Below, piece by piece: positions 13,151 through 25,723 of a stretch of 64,000 bases of DNA. Made by a program: the position numbers and the translations under genes. Each line of letters opens with the position of its first letter. The first letter of the stretch is position 1. The DNA comes from Blepharisma stoltei ATCC 30299 (Eukaryota; Protista; Ciliophora). The stretch is from contig CBFDEM010000045.1 in the NCBI GenBank assembly GCA_965603825.1, forward strand, positions 62,001 to 126,000, written 5' to 3'. The notes under the pieces are model-generated. The model did not search any database. It was not told where the DNA came from and worked only from the letters and a program-made list of their open reading frames with translations.

Positions 13151-13440
13151 TGGAGATAACGGAAAGATAGAAGAAATAGAGAGGGCGATAAAGACGTACC
13201 ATGTGGAAATACTGAAGGATAGGGCGATTAGTTACCTGGAGGAAAGAGAGAAGAGGGAGGGCAAAAATGGGATGAGACAAACTAAGATTACGGATTGAAT
13301 GAAACATGGTCTATAAGGACTGTTAGGCGACGATAGTTGCTAGATATAATAGATAGATAGATGAATTATTTGCTTCATATTCACAATCTGTGATATTATA
13401 ATCCACAATATCAAAATTAGCAAGTAATTCTCCTTTGGCT

Positions 13441-14307
13441 TTAATTTCATTTATAGCTAAAGTATCCTGAATATGATCCATGGACTGGATTATCAGCCAA
13501 CAAACCATAAACAATCACTGATCCTCAATATACCAGGTTATCAATATAATTAAAAATATCAGTGCTATGAAACCATTTCCCTTCTAATAGCATTGATCCT
13601 TCTATATAAGCTGATCAAGCCGCTTCTTGCATATAAATATACAAATAGTCTTCTTTATTCATATCGGCTTCAACCAATGCTTTCTGGATTAATTTCGAAA
13701 TTTCTGGATTTGTTTTGAAATAAAACAATTTAGCACCTAATTGTTTGAGTTTTTTTGAAAATAATCAAATAATATACTCATAAGTGGCTGCTTGAGATAT
13801 TATTAACTGTGCTACTATTTCAATTCCTTCATTATTCGAAAAATCCATTTCAGAAAATTCACTACTGATGATAACGATTGCTTTTTCAATTTTATAAGTT
13901 TTTGCAATAGATAAAGCTGCATTAACATAAGATTTATAAGAATAATCTGTGTAAAACACATATGGCAAAGTTTTTTCAGAGGCATAGCCTATAATAAGCT
14001 GAAGAAATCCTAATTTTCTTGCGTATTCGTTTATTAGCGTTGTCAGCCCAAGCGAGGCACACCCATCATACATGATAATTGTATCTGAGCCCATAAAAAT
14101 GCTTTCTAAGTCGGATGAATCTGATACCTCATAAACCTTGAACCGAAATTGGGAGGCAATTTTACATCTTTCATCATTTAAATCTGAACAGTCAGTAGTA
14201 CTCTTAAAATAATTGATCAGAAAAGGTGACGTATATTGGCTGTATAAAACAGGGACAATAGTAAATTGGCTAGCAGCAATCCCAAGAAATACAAAAAGTT
14301 TGAACAT
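13441..14307 (-). CDS. Receptor paralog R3, upstream part (R3a): signal peptide + first flytrap domain, 288 aa
   Basis: Open from ATG 14307 to TAA 13441-13443. Same length and same deletion junction as R2a. Confidence 0.7.
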
Positions 14308-14530
14308 TCCTAGCTAATATTAGATATTAAAATGTAAAAATAAAACTAATAATGGCATCGAATTTTAGTAGTTTTATCAGAAAAGCAATTTTAAATTTTA
14401 TTAAATAATTTGCAAAGGCGACTTCAAAGCGTTTCTTTTACTTGAATTGATCCAAGTGCTTCTTAAACAAATTATTACTGTTTCGTATATTTAATTTAGT
14501 TTGTTTAATAAAACCTATTGCCAAAAATAT

Positions 14531-17158
14531 TTATAAATTCTTTTTGAGTAGTTCAATACGGTCTCGGCCTAATACATCGTTAATAAAATTGATATCTTTT
14601 TCAGAAAGTCTCCATCCTTTCTCAGTGAAAAGGCCTTGATATTCTTGCTCTAAATCATAAGCACTATTAAAGTCCTGCAAAGCTGCTCCTTCTTGTCCGA
14701 GATTATTATATGCTCTAGCTCGGCTGCAGAAATACAAAGGATTGCTGGGTTTAAGTCTGATAGCCTCACCATAGCATTGTATTGCTTCTTGATATCTCTC
14801 TAAAGCATAAAGAGTATTGCCTTTATCATTATAAATTTTAGCTTTATATGAATTTTCTTTGATCGCCTCATCATATCATTGTATTGCTTCTTGATATCTC
14901 TGTAACGCATAAAAAGTATTGCCTTTATCATAATAAAACTTGTAATAATATGGATTGATTTTGATTGCTTCGTCATAGTTTTCTAGTGCTTCTGGATATC
15001 TTCCTAATTCATTTAAAGCATATCCTTTCTTCCAGTACGAATCAGCATTGTTTGGATTGAGTTTGATTTCTTCATCATAGCACTCGATAGCTTCTAGATA
15101 TCTTTTTAGCTTACAAAGAGAGTTGCCTTTATGAGAGTAATAGTTAATATTGTTTGGATCTAGTAAAATTGCTTCGTTATAGCATTCAATTGCTTCTTGA
15201 TATCTTTTTAAATCATAAAAAACATGGCCTTTATTAATGTAAGATAGATCTAGTCTGAATTTTTTGTCATCAAAATCGATTTGTCTTATATTTTTTTCTA
15301 TAGTAAATAGATCTATGTCTTCTAGATTGCATCAATCCATATAATAAGAATAGAGCTTAGAATTCTCTCCATTGTATTTTATTGCTTCAATCTTTTTGCC
15401 TACTCTTCTAAGTGAGTAATTCCAACCATAGCAAGCGACATCAATAATTATTTTTTGGTCTAAATTAAAATAATAATATGTTCCTTTCGATAAATCAGAA
15501 GTTGTTGAGATGCATATAAATCCTTTGCTATATGAGCAATACACTTGATGAGGATCATGATTGATTGTTGAATGTCCTATTCGTCTCCAATTCAAGCAAC
15601 TTTCAATATCGCTTTCATAGATTGATCCATTGCTGCCTTCAATCAAATATAGTCTCTCTGCATTTATCAGGATCTTACTTTTATATATTTCAAAATCATA
15701 AGGAATTGTCGAAAAAGAGTCAATATCAATTGAGTATAACAAAAGATTTCTATTATAATATCCAGAAATCAAAATATTTCCATTGAATATTATACTATGG
15801 CAATAATAATCACCGTTTGGCATTAGAGCTAATTGAATCCATCGATTTCAATTCAAATCGAATCTATTAGATAAAGTTAAATAGTTTTGATTGTACCCTC
15901 CAAAGCAATAGATGCTGTTATTGAAATAGATACATGATGAGACCATGCAAGGGGTTCCAGATGGCAGCACTTCGAATTCACCATTCACATCAATCAGCAC
16001 TGTAATCCCAGAAATTTGACTATTACCATAACAGAATAGCTTGCCATTTGGAAGATTAGTTATACAAGTTGTTGCGTCTAGTGGTTCTGGAGTCTGCAAG
16101 GTTTTGGCTTCTTCTTGGGTTTCAGTTTCAGTGTTATATATAATTAAATTGCCTCTTTTGTTTCAATCTTTTGCAATATTATAAAGAGATGTCTTTTGCT
16201 GATAAGCATTAACGTAATCTTGGTAAGCTTGCATTAATGGTGGATCATAAAAACTAGAATTGGTCTGAATTGCTGAACAAGTTGCTCTGAAATCTATCTC
16301 TAACTCTGGATTGTTTGGTCTACTCAAAATCTTAGCTGTTTTATTTCTTAAGGTATCTATAATGTTTAAAGAGTTTTCTGCTTCTATGGGTTTACTGTTG
16401 AGATCATTAGAAACAGTACTTATTTGAGTATTAAGCAAGCTCGCCTCATTTTCTAAGCTTTTTTTTATTGACTTGTTTACTTTTTCAGACCCTTTGTTCT
16501 CATTTATTATCAAAGAAATCGAATCTTTAACGTTTGCTAACTCTATATTTGTTGGCTCACTAGTTTTATTATGCATTTCAGGAGTATTTCGCATATTTCT
16601 TATTTCTAGATATGCCCCGCATATTTCTGTAAAGAAAGATCTATTTAGGCTTTCTAACTTTTGATTGAATATATAAAACAGCTTCGCACCTTTGTATCAA
16701 TCTCTGCTGGTGATGGTCATCAATTTTACTTTCTCAATAGCTTCTAGAGGGTGAAAACTCAATAATCCTAAAATTGGATCTTGTTCTGACTTTAATAATT
16801 TTGAAGCTTGGGAAATCTTTGCAAAGAAATTATTTATTTCATCTGAGTAGCAATCCAACTTGCTTGTGAAATCTCCTAAATCTTCCTCTAAATGGGGAAG
16901 ATGCTGGCTAAAGGAATCTATAATTTTTCTTCTCAAATCACTGTATTTTGAATTTTCTATTGTAAGGAATTCAAGAATCGCTTCTTTTGTCCCTTCACAA
17001 GGATGCATAAAAATTGATTCAAGATTGTGAGCTGTATTAGGCAAGTTTACATGCTCCACAACGTGCACTTCACAAGATAAAGTCTCAGGAGGAGAGCATT
17101 TGCATGCATACTCGACTTCATTCATACACCCTGACTTGAAACATTTCTTGGCCATCAT
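14531..17158 (-). CDS. 875-aa protein: N-terminal Cys/His (B-box-like) Zn finger, coiled coil, Kelch-like beta-propeller, C-terminal TPR array
   Basis: Five track ORFs in one frame joined by TGA. Motifs CFKSGC..CKC..CEVH..H and IYCFGG. About six TPR units (KG..L..L.RY.EAI..Y..AI.L.P) at 14650-15240. Confidence 0.85.
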
Positions 17159-17918
17159 ATAGTAATTATCAGATAGCTGATTTATAAGAAAATGAATTCT
17201 AAGAATTACGATCTAAAAGTAGCTAGCTATATTATTAATGGGCTCAAGCAATAATAATTTTGCTCCAACTTGATTTGACTTCATGCTGGCTAATTCCAAA
17301 AACTGAATGCTTACTTTAAATTGTCTTGTTCAGAAGAACACATTTATAGTGATTTCGTAAAATTGATTTATGGATTTAATTTGAGATAATTCACTAAGAT
17401 AGAATTATTTAATTGAAGATATCTTCCTCTAACTACTAAAAATATAGGGTTTTAAATTAATTTTTGGGTTTGAATAATTATTAGAATTTAAGTTTAGCAA
17501 TTCCAGTAATTCTGCACTAATTGATAGGAATGGAATCCTAAAGAGCTATCAATTCCTTTTTAAAATTTCAATAAAAGTATATTTTTGATAAATTGCTCTA
17601 ATAATTGCTAATAGTACTCAGTCAATTATAAGATAATCTAATTCGCGCAATTTATTTGACTTTGTAAATCCGAAATCACTGCCATTCACAGCAAGTAAAA
17701 AAATTATATATTGCCTGGAAGCCTGGCCATAAGTTAATAGCCTTTATACTATATGCATTATTGTTAGCATGAGATAGTTTATAAGATAAATGATTGCTTT
17801 TGAAAAAGTTTTTCATATTAATAAGAAAATGCTATATAGAACAGAAGTTTATTAAAAGGCCATTATCAAAAAACTCTCTATTTTAATATTAATAAATACC
17901 ACTATAAAACTATAGAAA

Positions 17919-20900
17919 TTATATGGTTTGGTTCTCATTTAAGTTATCAAGAAAGTCAAATTTCAAGCAGTTTGCGTCTATAACTTGGCTTATCGCTGGG
18001 TATATGTCATTGGAAATGCTATTTTCTGATCAATTTGAATAATTTTCATTGGTTTCATCTTCATTAGTAAGGTGTATGCTTAATTCTGAATTTTCTTTAT
18101 TTTCTCTATCTTTTTCCTCACTATCTAATTCTTTTTCTTTATCAATAAATTGGACTCTTTTTTTATTTTTTTCATACAATTCCTCTGATTTTCCTAATAC
18201 TTCTTCAAAATTTCCATATCATTTTCATTCGTCAGGTTTTACTAAATATTTATATTCTGATTCACTATTTTCTGATACGTTTATTTTGTTCTCTATAATT
18301 TCTTCTTCTTTTTGGTATAGATCTTGTTTTGAATATGGATATTTAAATAAATTACTAATCTCAGGATCTTCTATTCTGCTTGAAGTTAATTGAAATCTAA
18401 ACAATTGGTAAATATCTATGCCTTTTTCAGAAATTAAAAGAGATGGCAGTCGCATTTTTTGATAAGAAATTCCAAATATGATAAGCAACGCCCACCCTAC
18501 AACTAGCACAGTCAACGCAGTAATATTATCACCTTTTGAGATTCCACAGCAAATTCAAAATAAAAGACTAAAAGACAAAAAAATGATATATCACATTGAA
18601 GCCCTTTCATAATTAAATGACTTTTTATATATAGAGATTACTACATATATAAAAAATAGCCCAATGCATAGCCCAATAAAAATAATCTCTGAAACTGGCA
18701 AAACAATAGTGTGCAGGATGATAAAAGCCATTTGTATATAGCTTTTGAGGACAAAGTGAAAGGGCTGTTCTTGAAAATGAAAAGATAAGTCATTTTTCCA
18801 TAAAGGCCGATTGTAAATACTTGTAGGCATGTAAAGGCAAATTGCTATAGAAGAAATAACGACATAGTAAATATGCTCACCCTGCCAGCAAAAAGTTGAA
18901 CAAATTCTGTCATGAAAGCTATCGTAAAAACTATCCCCAATGCTACTTGTGCATTGAAAAGTTTGAAATAAGTTTAAGCAAATAGGCAGAAACAGCGAAT
19001 CTCCAATAAAAGGTAAAAAATATAAATTAAATTCGTTTATCCCTATAATAAAATTGCTTTTCGAGTTTTCTCCTATTTTTCTTTTTTTCCATAAAAATAA
19101 AATAAATCATAAAATTGCAATGATTTCGAAAAATTGAATTTGGTTTCAAAAATTAAAATAATTGTTTTTATTTCAGCCAGTTATATTAAAAGTCACTAAT
19201 TTTGTAATATCTGTTAGTTCAGGCAGAAAATTATTGATATTTTGTCCTGTGTGCATATATTGAAAACACTCAATAAGCATAAGAATATAAGAAAGAGAGT
19301 CAAAGAAATTTTCTTTTTCTACTGTAACAAGTTTTTCAAAAGAAGAATTCATAATAAAATGGTAAAATTTAAGCACAAAAATAGTCCCAATAATTATAGG
19401 AATTATTTCGATAGCTATTAAAATGATGTAGCCATCTAAAAATGACCGAACTTGTCTTTCCTTAAATGGACAATTTTGGTCCTCTCCTATGATTTCACTC
19501 GGAATCTTAAAAGAGTTTGAATAAACCTGCAGAAGATGCAGCACAATAAGTTGACTTGGATCATAAAGTCCTCGAAGAACTAATTTTCATTCATAATTAA
19601 TTTGCAATAAAGTATACATCCCCAGGACCGTTGAAAGCCTACTATTTCCATCCTGTGAAACTTGAACTATTCCTGAGCAGCCTGTGAATTTTACATCTCT
19701 TATAGAATGCTGCATTGATGAGCTATTTACATTGATTCCTCTAGTTATCAAAGAGTTTATTGCATAAATCCCAAGATAAGTCGCATCGTAAAATAAACAC
19801 ATATTATCATATGCAAAACCATATTGGGATAAAAAATTATTTTTAATGCCAAGCCCAATCTGGTTTTGGAAAGTTAGATAGCTAAAATAAAACAGATTAC
19901 TCATAATTTCTTTTCTTTTTTTATAAGAATCTGCGTTTATTCTTTTTTCGTCCAAATCAGAAGCACTTAAAGTCCCATCACCAGCAATCAAAAAAATATC
20001 GCCATCTCTCATTCCTAAGTCATAAAATGCTTCAATTACATACAAAATATCTGGTCGCTGAATTTCTAAAATCACAAATCTCGTTTTTAAGTCAACAATT
20101 TCTTGTATAGCTCTTTTATCAGTCCCATTAAAGCCTAATGGAACTTCCCTGATTTTATTCAAAATTTGTATTCCATATGACTCTGTTTGATTTTTAAATT
20201 GTTCACTGAATTCTCTACCTCATATTGAATCTGAATATAATAAAGAGCATTTATATGCGCTAAAAATACTTAAAAGTAAAGCAGCTGCTGAAGATGTAAT
20301 TGAATTTGGATAGGAAACTCTTGTATATTGAGGGTAATAGTCAAGACTATTCATTATTGTTGACGTTTCTACTCCGATAATAGGGGTTGTAATATTGAGT
20401 GATTTGAAAATTTCTATTGTAGATAAGGATACTGATGTATCTGCCGGTGGTATATGAAAATAGCCTAAATCTTCTGTGCAATTTTTAAAGCAGTCATAAG
20501 CCGAATTATCTCTAAAAAAACAGTCAGTGATATTATTAAAGGATATATTAAAATTTGGCAATAATTTTCCCTCATTTTTTATTGTTTCTAACGCAAAAGT
20601 CGCTCCTAATTGATTCACAGCATTAATTCTTGTAGAATTCATTCCGTTTATACTTATAGGAATTTTTCTTTTTTCATTATTTGGGAGTTCATATGTTTCT
20701 CCAGGAAACATTATTGGAGCTAAAATTTGTATACCTCCTCCGTTTACTGCCCCAACTGAAGTCAATTTTCTCTCGCCTTGGACATTTCAAATTGTGAATC
20801 CTACATTATCAAAGGTAAAATCCCGCTGCGCAAAAGTATTTAAAGTATATGCTGAGTAAGATCCTTGAATATCATTATTTGATATTATCTCATATAGAAG

Positions 20901-21695
20901 AAAAGGGGTTAAAAAAATAGTTGTTTCAGTATAATCGTAAAAATCATAGCTATGAAATATGCTTGCTTCTAATAAAATTGAGCCTTTTAGATAAGCACTT
21001 CAGGCAGCTTCTTGCATATAAATATATGTGTATCCTTCTTTGTCCATGTCAGCTTGAACTAATGCTTCTTGGATTAATTTAGAAGTCTTTGAATTTGTTT
21101 GGAAGAAAAATCATTTTATGCCTGAAGGCTTGATTTCTTTTGATATAAGGGAAAAAATGTATTCATAAGGAGCTGATTTAGGAATTTTGTATTGGGCGAC
21201 TATTTCGACCCCTTTATCATTATTGAAATCCATTTCGATGAAATCACAAGTAATTATAGCAATTGCTTTTTTAATTCCATAAATTTTGGCAAAATCGATT
21301 GCTACTTCTCTATATACACTAAAGCGATAATCTGAATAAATTACGTAGGGTAAAGCATTTTCTGGCGCATTTCCATAAACAAAATGTATAAATCCATATT
21401 CCATTGCATATTTACTTACCAACGCGTTCATACTTAGAGAAAAAGTTGCATCAAAAAGAAATAAATAATCTGAATTTGTAAAAATTGTCTCTAAGTCATA
21501 AGCATTAAATATCTCTATGGCTTCATACTGATATGGCAAATTTAAGTCGCAGCCAGCCCTACTATTTATTGAGCAGTCTATAGTATTCGCTAAAATATTA
21601 GCCAGAAGAGGATCAGTATATCTGCTATACAAAATTGGTATTGCAAACATTTGGCTTGCAACGGAGTCTAGAAAAAGCAAAAAATAGGTTATCAT
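17919..21695 (-). CDS. Receptor paralog R4, 1258 aa (double flytrap + ~9 TM + long acidic tail)
   Basis: Six track ORFs in one frame; TAA at 17919-17921. Confidence 0.9.
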
Positions 21696-22123
21696 CTGTC
21701 AGCAGTATTTAATAAATTTTAATAATTATCTATAAGGATAGTTTCATTAAGCCTACTCTTATATTTTAAGACACAAAATATTTTAGATTTATTGGAAAAT
21801 TATTATTATGATAAGAAATGCTAAGGATTCTTTTGAGAGCCCTAGCATATGAAAATAGAAAATATGCAAATTCAGAATTATTATTTTTTTTATTTCTTTA
21901 TAAAAATATTTTTCAGTAAAATAAAAAAACTAGAAATTGCATGAAATGAATAGTCTGATCCAGCCCCAAAGCCTAAAATTTTATAGCTTTAATCATACTC
22001 AGTTGCAGCTGAAGATTTTTAAGCTTGCTGATCCAGTTGCAATAGTTGTGTCCTAGATATAGTCAGGTCTGTTACTTCTAACTATTTGGTTTAAAAAGCC
22101 TTATTTGGTCTTAAAACCTAGCT

Positions 22124-22342
22124 TTAATATTTTGAATTTTCTATTGTAAGGAATTCAAGAATCGCTTCTTTTGTCCCTTCACAAGGATGCATAAAAATTG
22201 ATACAAAATTGTGAACTGTATTAGGCAAGTTTACATGCTCCACAGCGTGCACTTTACAAGATAAAGTCTCAAGAGAAGAGCATTTGCATGCATACTCAAC
22301 TTCATTCAAACACCCTGACTCAAAGCATTTCTTGATCACCAT
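22124..22342 (-). pseudogene. Truncated duplicate of the 5' end (Zn finger) of the Kelch/TPR gene
   Basis: Near-identical to ~16943-17158, and upstream flank similarity continues to ~22418. Ends abruptly at TAA 22124. Confidence 0.85.
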
Positions 22343-22523
22343 ATAATAATCAGATAACTGATTTATGAGCATTTGCATTCTAAGAATTAAGATCTAAAAG
22401 TAGCTAGTTATATCATTATAGAGTTTTTTATAGCTGCTGAAAACACATTGCCTGGAAATCCTGATTTGATGGAAGATGAATTTACGATAGCTCTATCGAT
22501 TTATTTAAATTATTTTTCAAATA

Positions 22524-23105
22524 TTACTTTTGAGTGCTGTTACAATTGCATAAGCTTGAATTATATTCACTGTATAACTCAACATTGCTGTTACTTTGCT
22601 CCTCAAGCTGTCCATTTGATTTTAAAGCATCATCATCTGGGATATTCAAACCTGGGCGATTGGAGTTACTTTGTGATAGATTTGCAGAAAAAATATATTT
22701 TGCTGACTTTTTAATTCCTGCATCTTCAGGATTAATTGAAAGCAGCTGAAATCTAAACAATTGATAAATACTCTTACCTTTTTCAGTTTCCAATAGTGAA
22801 GGCAAATATAATTTTTGATAAATCGCACCAAACACAAGTAATAGAGCCCATCCTAGAATGAGAACAATTAATGCAGAAAACTCATCAATTTTCGCTATTG
22901 CGCAACAGATTCAAAGCATTAGACTGCAAAATAATAATATTATATACCACAACGAAGCTCTATCGTAGTTTAAAGGCCGTCTTAATATAGAAACAATTAT
23001 ATAAGCCGATAATACCCCAATACCCAATCAAATGAAAATATCTTCAGATGCAGGCTGAACTATAGTGGAAAGCCCAACTAAAATTATTTGTATAAAAGTT
23101 TTTGA
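22524..23105 (-). pseudogene. 3' fragment of an R2/R3-type receptor gene (last TM helices + tail)
   Basis: Aligns with 7468-8048. No upstream coding part is present. Confidence 0.88.
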
Positions 23106-23149
23106 GTAAGTACACTTCTTCTATTTTTTTATCTAAGTAAAGTTCTAGA

Positions 23150-23410
23150 AAGACTCTCTTTCTCGTCTCCCAATTATTAGCAATATAGGGTGGGCACTCT
23201 TTAGTGTGCTCACGCTATAGTATTTTTGTCTATTGCTAAATTGATTATAGAATAATTTTCCAAGTTTTAATATTTTATAAAAAATTTAAAAATATTCTTC
23301 TTAATTAATTTCAAAAATTAAGGGATTTTAATTTTAATTCATATTCAATGTTTGCTTAAAAACTCGAGCTTTCTATAAAAGAAATAATAATTATTTTAAT
23401 AATACCCATG
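23150..23410 (+). repeat. Duplicated non-coding segment, copy of ~6355-6617
   Basis: Shared actctctttctc...tagggtg(t/g)gcactctttagtgtgctca...tcgagctttct(g/a)taaaagaaataataatta...atacccat. Confidence 0.85.
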
Positions 23411-23699
23411 AATTCTTTGCAAATCAATTATATCTGAGTTTCTACTAACTAATAAGCTATTGAGTCTTTACTATTTATATTTTCAAGCACACACTTGATG
23501 GAGTTTTATTTCGGCATTAAATCATTTATTTTTATATCAAAAAACTAATTTTTTCTTACATTTTTTAAAACCCTAATGATGTAAAAATTAATTTAAATAA
23601 AGATGTTCATTGATTTTTAAGAAATGCTAATTGCTTTTAAAGAGACACAGCTTAAACTTGATTAAAATCGAAGTCAACTTCAATTTTGAGATCGCTTCT

Positions 23700-24850
23700 T
23701 TGAAGATTATCAGTCAAAATTTACACTGCTTCAGCCTGCATTGCAACCGTATATCGTCTATCCATTCGTTGGTATATTTGCACCTGAGTTTTAAGTATCT
23801 AAAAATGTGCTTTTTTCCCAACACAGTTGTGAGCGAATGAGCAAAGTCCAATAACATGTTTGGAAGGCTGATGCTTGACTGATACTTTAGCACAATTAGC
23901 AGCCAGGGTCTCGCTTACGTTATGTGCAGGAGCCGGCACAAGCTAAAAAAACTTATAAGGCAGGTTGCCAAAGTCGCGCTCTCGTTATAAAGAAAGTCCC
24001 AATTTGGACACCTATCGCATATGTGGCTGATATCGAGTTTTTAGCACAATTATGATCTGCGATACAAATGGAGTGGAAACACATTCATAATTATTAAGAG
24101 GTATAGTACATGCGCAAAATTGGCAATAATACACCGGTACTCTATTTGAGTCAGAATCGCAGGTAGAGCTATACTTTCCACTACAATAGACGCAAAACCA
24201 CATTGATGCTAAGCATGAGCCGTCATAAAGCATCAATCATCATCACTATAGTTCTAGTTGAATTGAGTTCCATCATCTAATGTTATCGTATTAAAGTCTG
24301 CATTGCTTATAGCAGTCTTTTGCAAGCAAAAGTTCATAGAAATTCCCCTTAATTTCTTTTCCAAAATAGAGTTGTCCACCAAGCATTAAAAAGTAAACAG
24401 CTGAGGCACCTGAATTTTTGAAATTTTGGTATTGACAGGTATAAGAACCTCTAATGTGACTGTGCCTCCTTCATTTTTTAAAATGAAATATTATTAAAAC
24501 CCACTTGTCTGTATTAAAGTAACAGTAAAGGTGAAGTCTTTGCTGAAGTAGTTGTAATAAGCCTGAATCGAAAGAGTTGGCTGAAAGTTTACCAAAAATC
24601 TAAATGCGTAATCATTAAGACTATTAAGTAATAGATGATTATCTATTTTGAATCTCCAAGATTGGTTATTCAGTCTTACTGGCTTACATCCTATCAGGCT
24701 ATCCATATTTGAAGCAGGATCTGTGCTTAGCTGAGGTTCACCGTGATTTCATAAGTTGTAGATTTAATAGCCTGTGCTAATATCTTTATCCTTTCTACTT
24801 AATGGAATAAAATCTCACTTAACAAATGATAAGGATGAAGAGAATATTTA
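23700..24850 (-). pseudogene. Probable decayed Cys-rich surface-protein gene
   Basis: GC-richer stretch with Cys-rich minus-strand peptides (CVYCSGKYSSTCDS..YYCQFCACT..ECV) and many stops. Boundaries approximate. Confidence 0.35.
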
Positions 24851-25723
24851 GTATTTTTGAATAGACCTTATAGTTTGCTTTTATAAATAGACACTAAGCT
24901 AATTTGCATATTAAATTCTGCCAAATAGGCTTAATGGTTGCTAAACTCATTATAATATTCAGCTCCAAGCTCCACTTTAAAATTTGAATTAAAATGTCTT
25001 GTTGACATTACCAAGTCCTTAAAAAGTCAGGCTTGGCCTAAATTTAAACTAACTTTTTGTCTTTAATGCGTTTCTAAAAAATTTTGGATATTAAAATCGC
25101 TAAAATTTTGAATAAGTGCAACTCTGAATACATTTCATATCAGTTATGCAATTTCTAATAAAGATAATGGTTTCTTAAGATTAATTTAATCTTAACCTTT
25201 TACTAACTAATACGCCAAGCCTAACACTCTAATTTTCCTTCTACATTCAAAAATGCACATACCAGTTTTATTAAATGCCTAAAAATCGATATGTAATAGC
25301 GTCATAAGGTAACAATCCTTTTTAATCTGGGTATTAATGATTTCTGCTGATATAATATAGATGATGTTCTAAAGCCATAAATTGCTCAAATCTTATATTT
25401 AGAATATTGAACTCTAATTAAATACAATTGAAACAAGGATTCTGTTGGTAAAAAATAATAGACAATGTTTTAAGTAATTTTTGAAGCTTAAAATAGAATG
25501 TATATTTATGGAAAGTCAAAGCATCATGCAATTTTATTAAAGAACTATTTATAAAACAAAGGATTAAGTAAATGCATAAATTTTGTTAATTTAAATCTCA
25601 TAAAATTATATTATCTCTATTATTTCTCTTTAATTTGCTTTCGGTTATAATAGCACATATTCATTTTGCTGACTAATTTATATGATTCATACGCAGAAAT
25701 TATTTATTATAGTTACTAATTTA

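Larger units (their letters stand above)
9817..13359 (+). mobile_element. Non-LTR retrotransposon (LINE; ORF1 with Zn-knuckle-like motif, APE endonuclease, RT, C-terminal Zn finger), degenerate
   Basis: Perfect 12-bp TSD GATGAATTATTT at 9805-9816 and 13360-13371, present once at the empty site in R2 (~5138-5149). 3' tail of TAGA repeats. APE motifs VNAHG, SETH, YSP, GDLNAH, LDY, SDH. RT motifs FLDISKAFD, GVRQG, YADD (11993-12004). C-terminal RLRAG..CCEC..ETEEH. Confidence 0.96.
7468..13481 (-). pseudogene. Receptor paralog R3, downstream part (R3b), disrupted by a retrotransposon and a 1-bp frameshift
   Basis: Close paralog of R2b. LINE at 9817-13359; 1-nt deletion near 9544 (gaatg-aataaag vs R2 gaatgtaataaag); ancestral stop TAA at 7468. 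Confidence 0.85.

Noticed and set aside
11199-13307. Minus-strand ORFs over the LINE, and other antisense ORFs (18049, 30352, 48642, 48718, 56015)
   Set aside because: These are shadows of purine-rich sense strands with no independent motifs.
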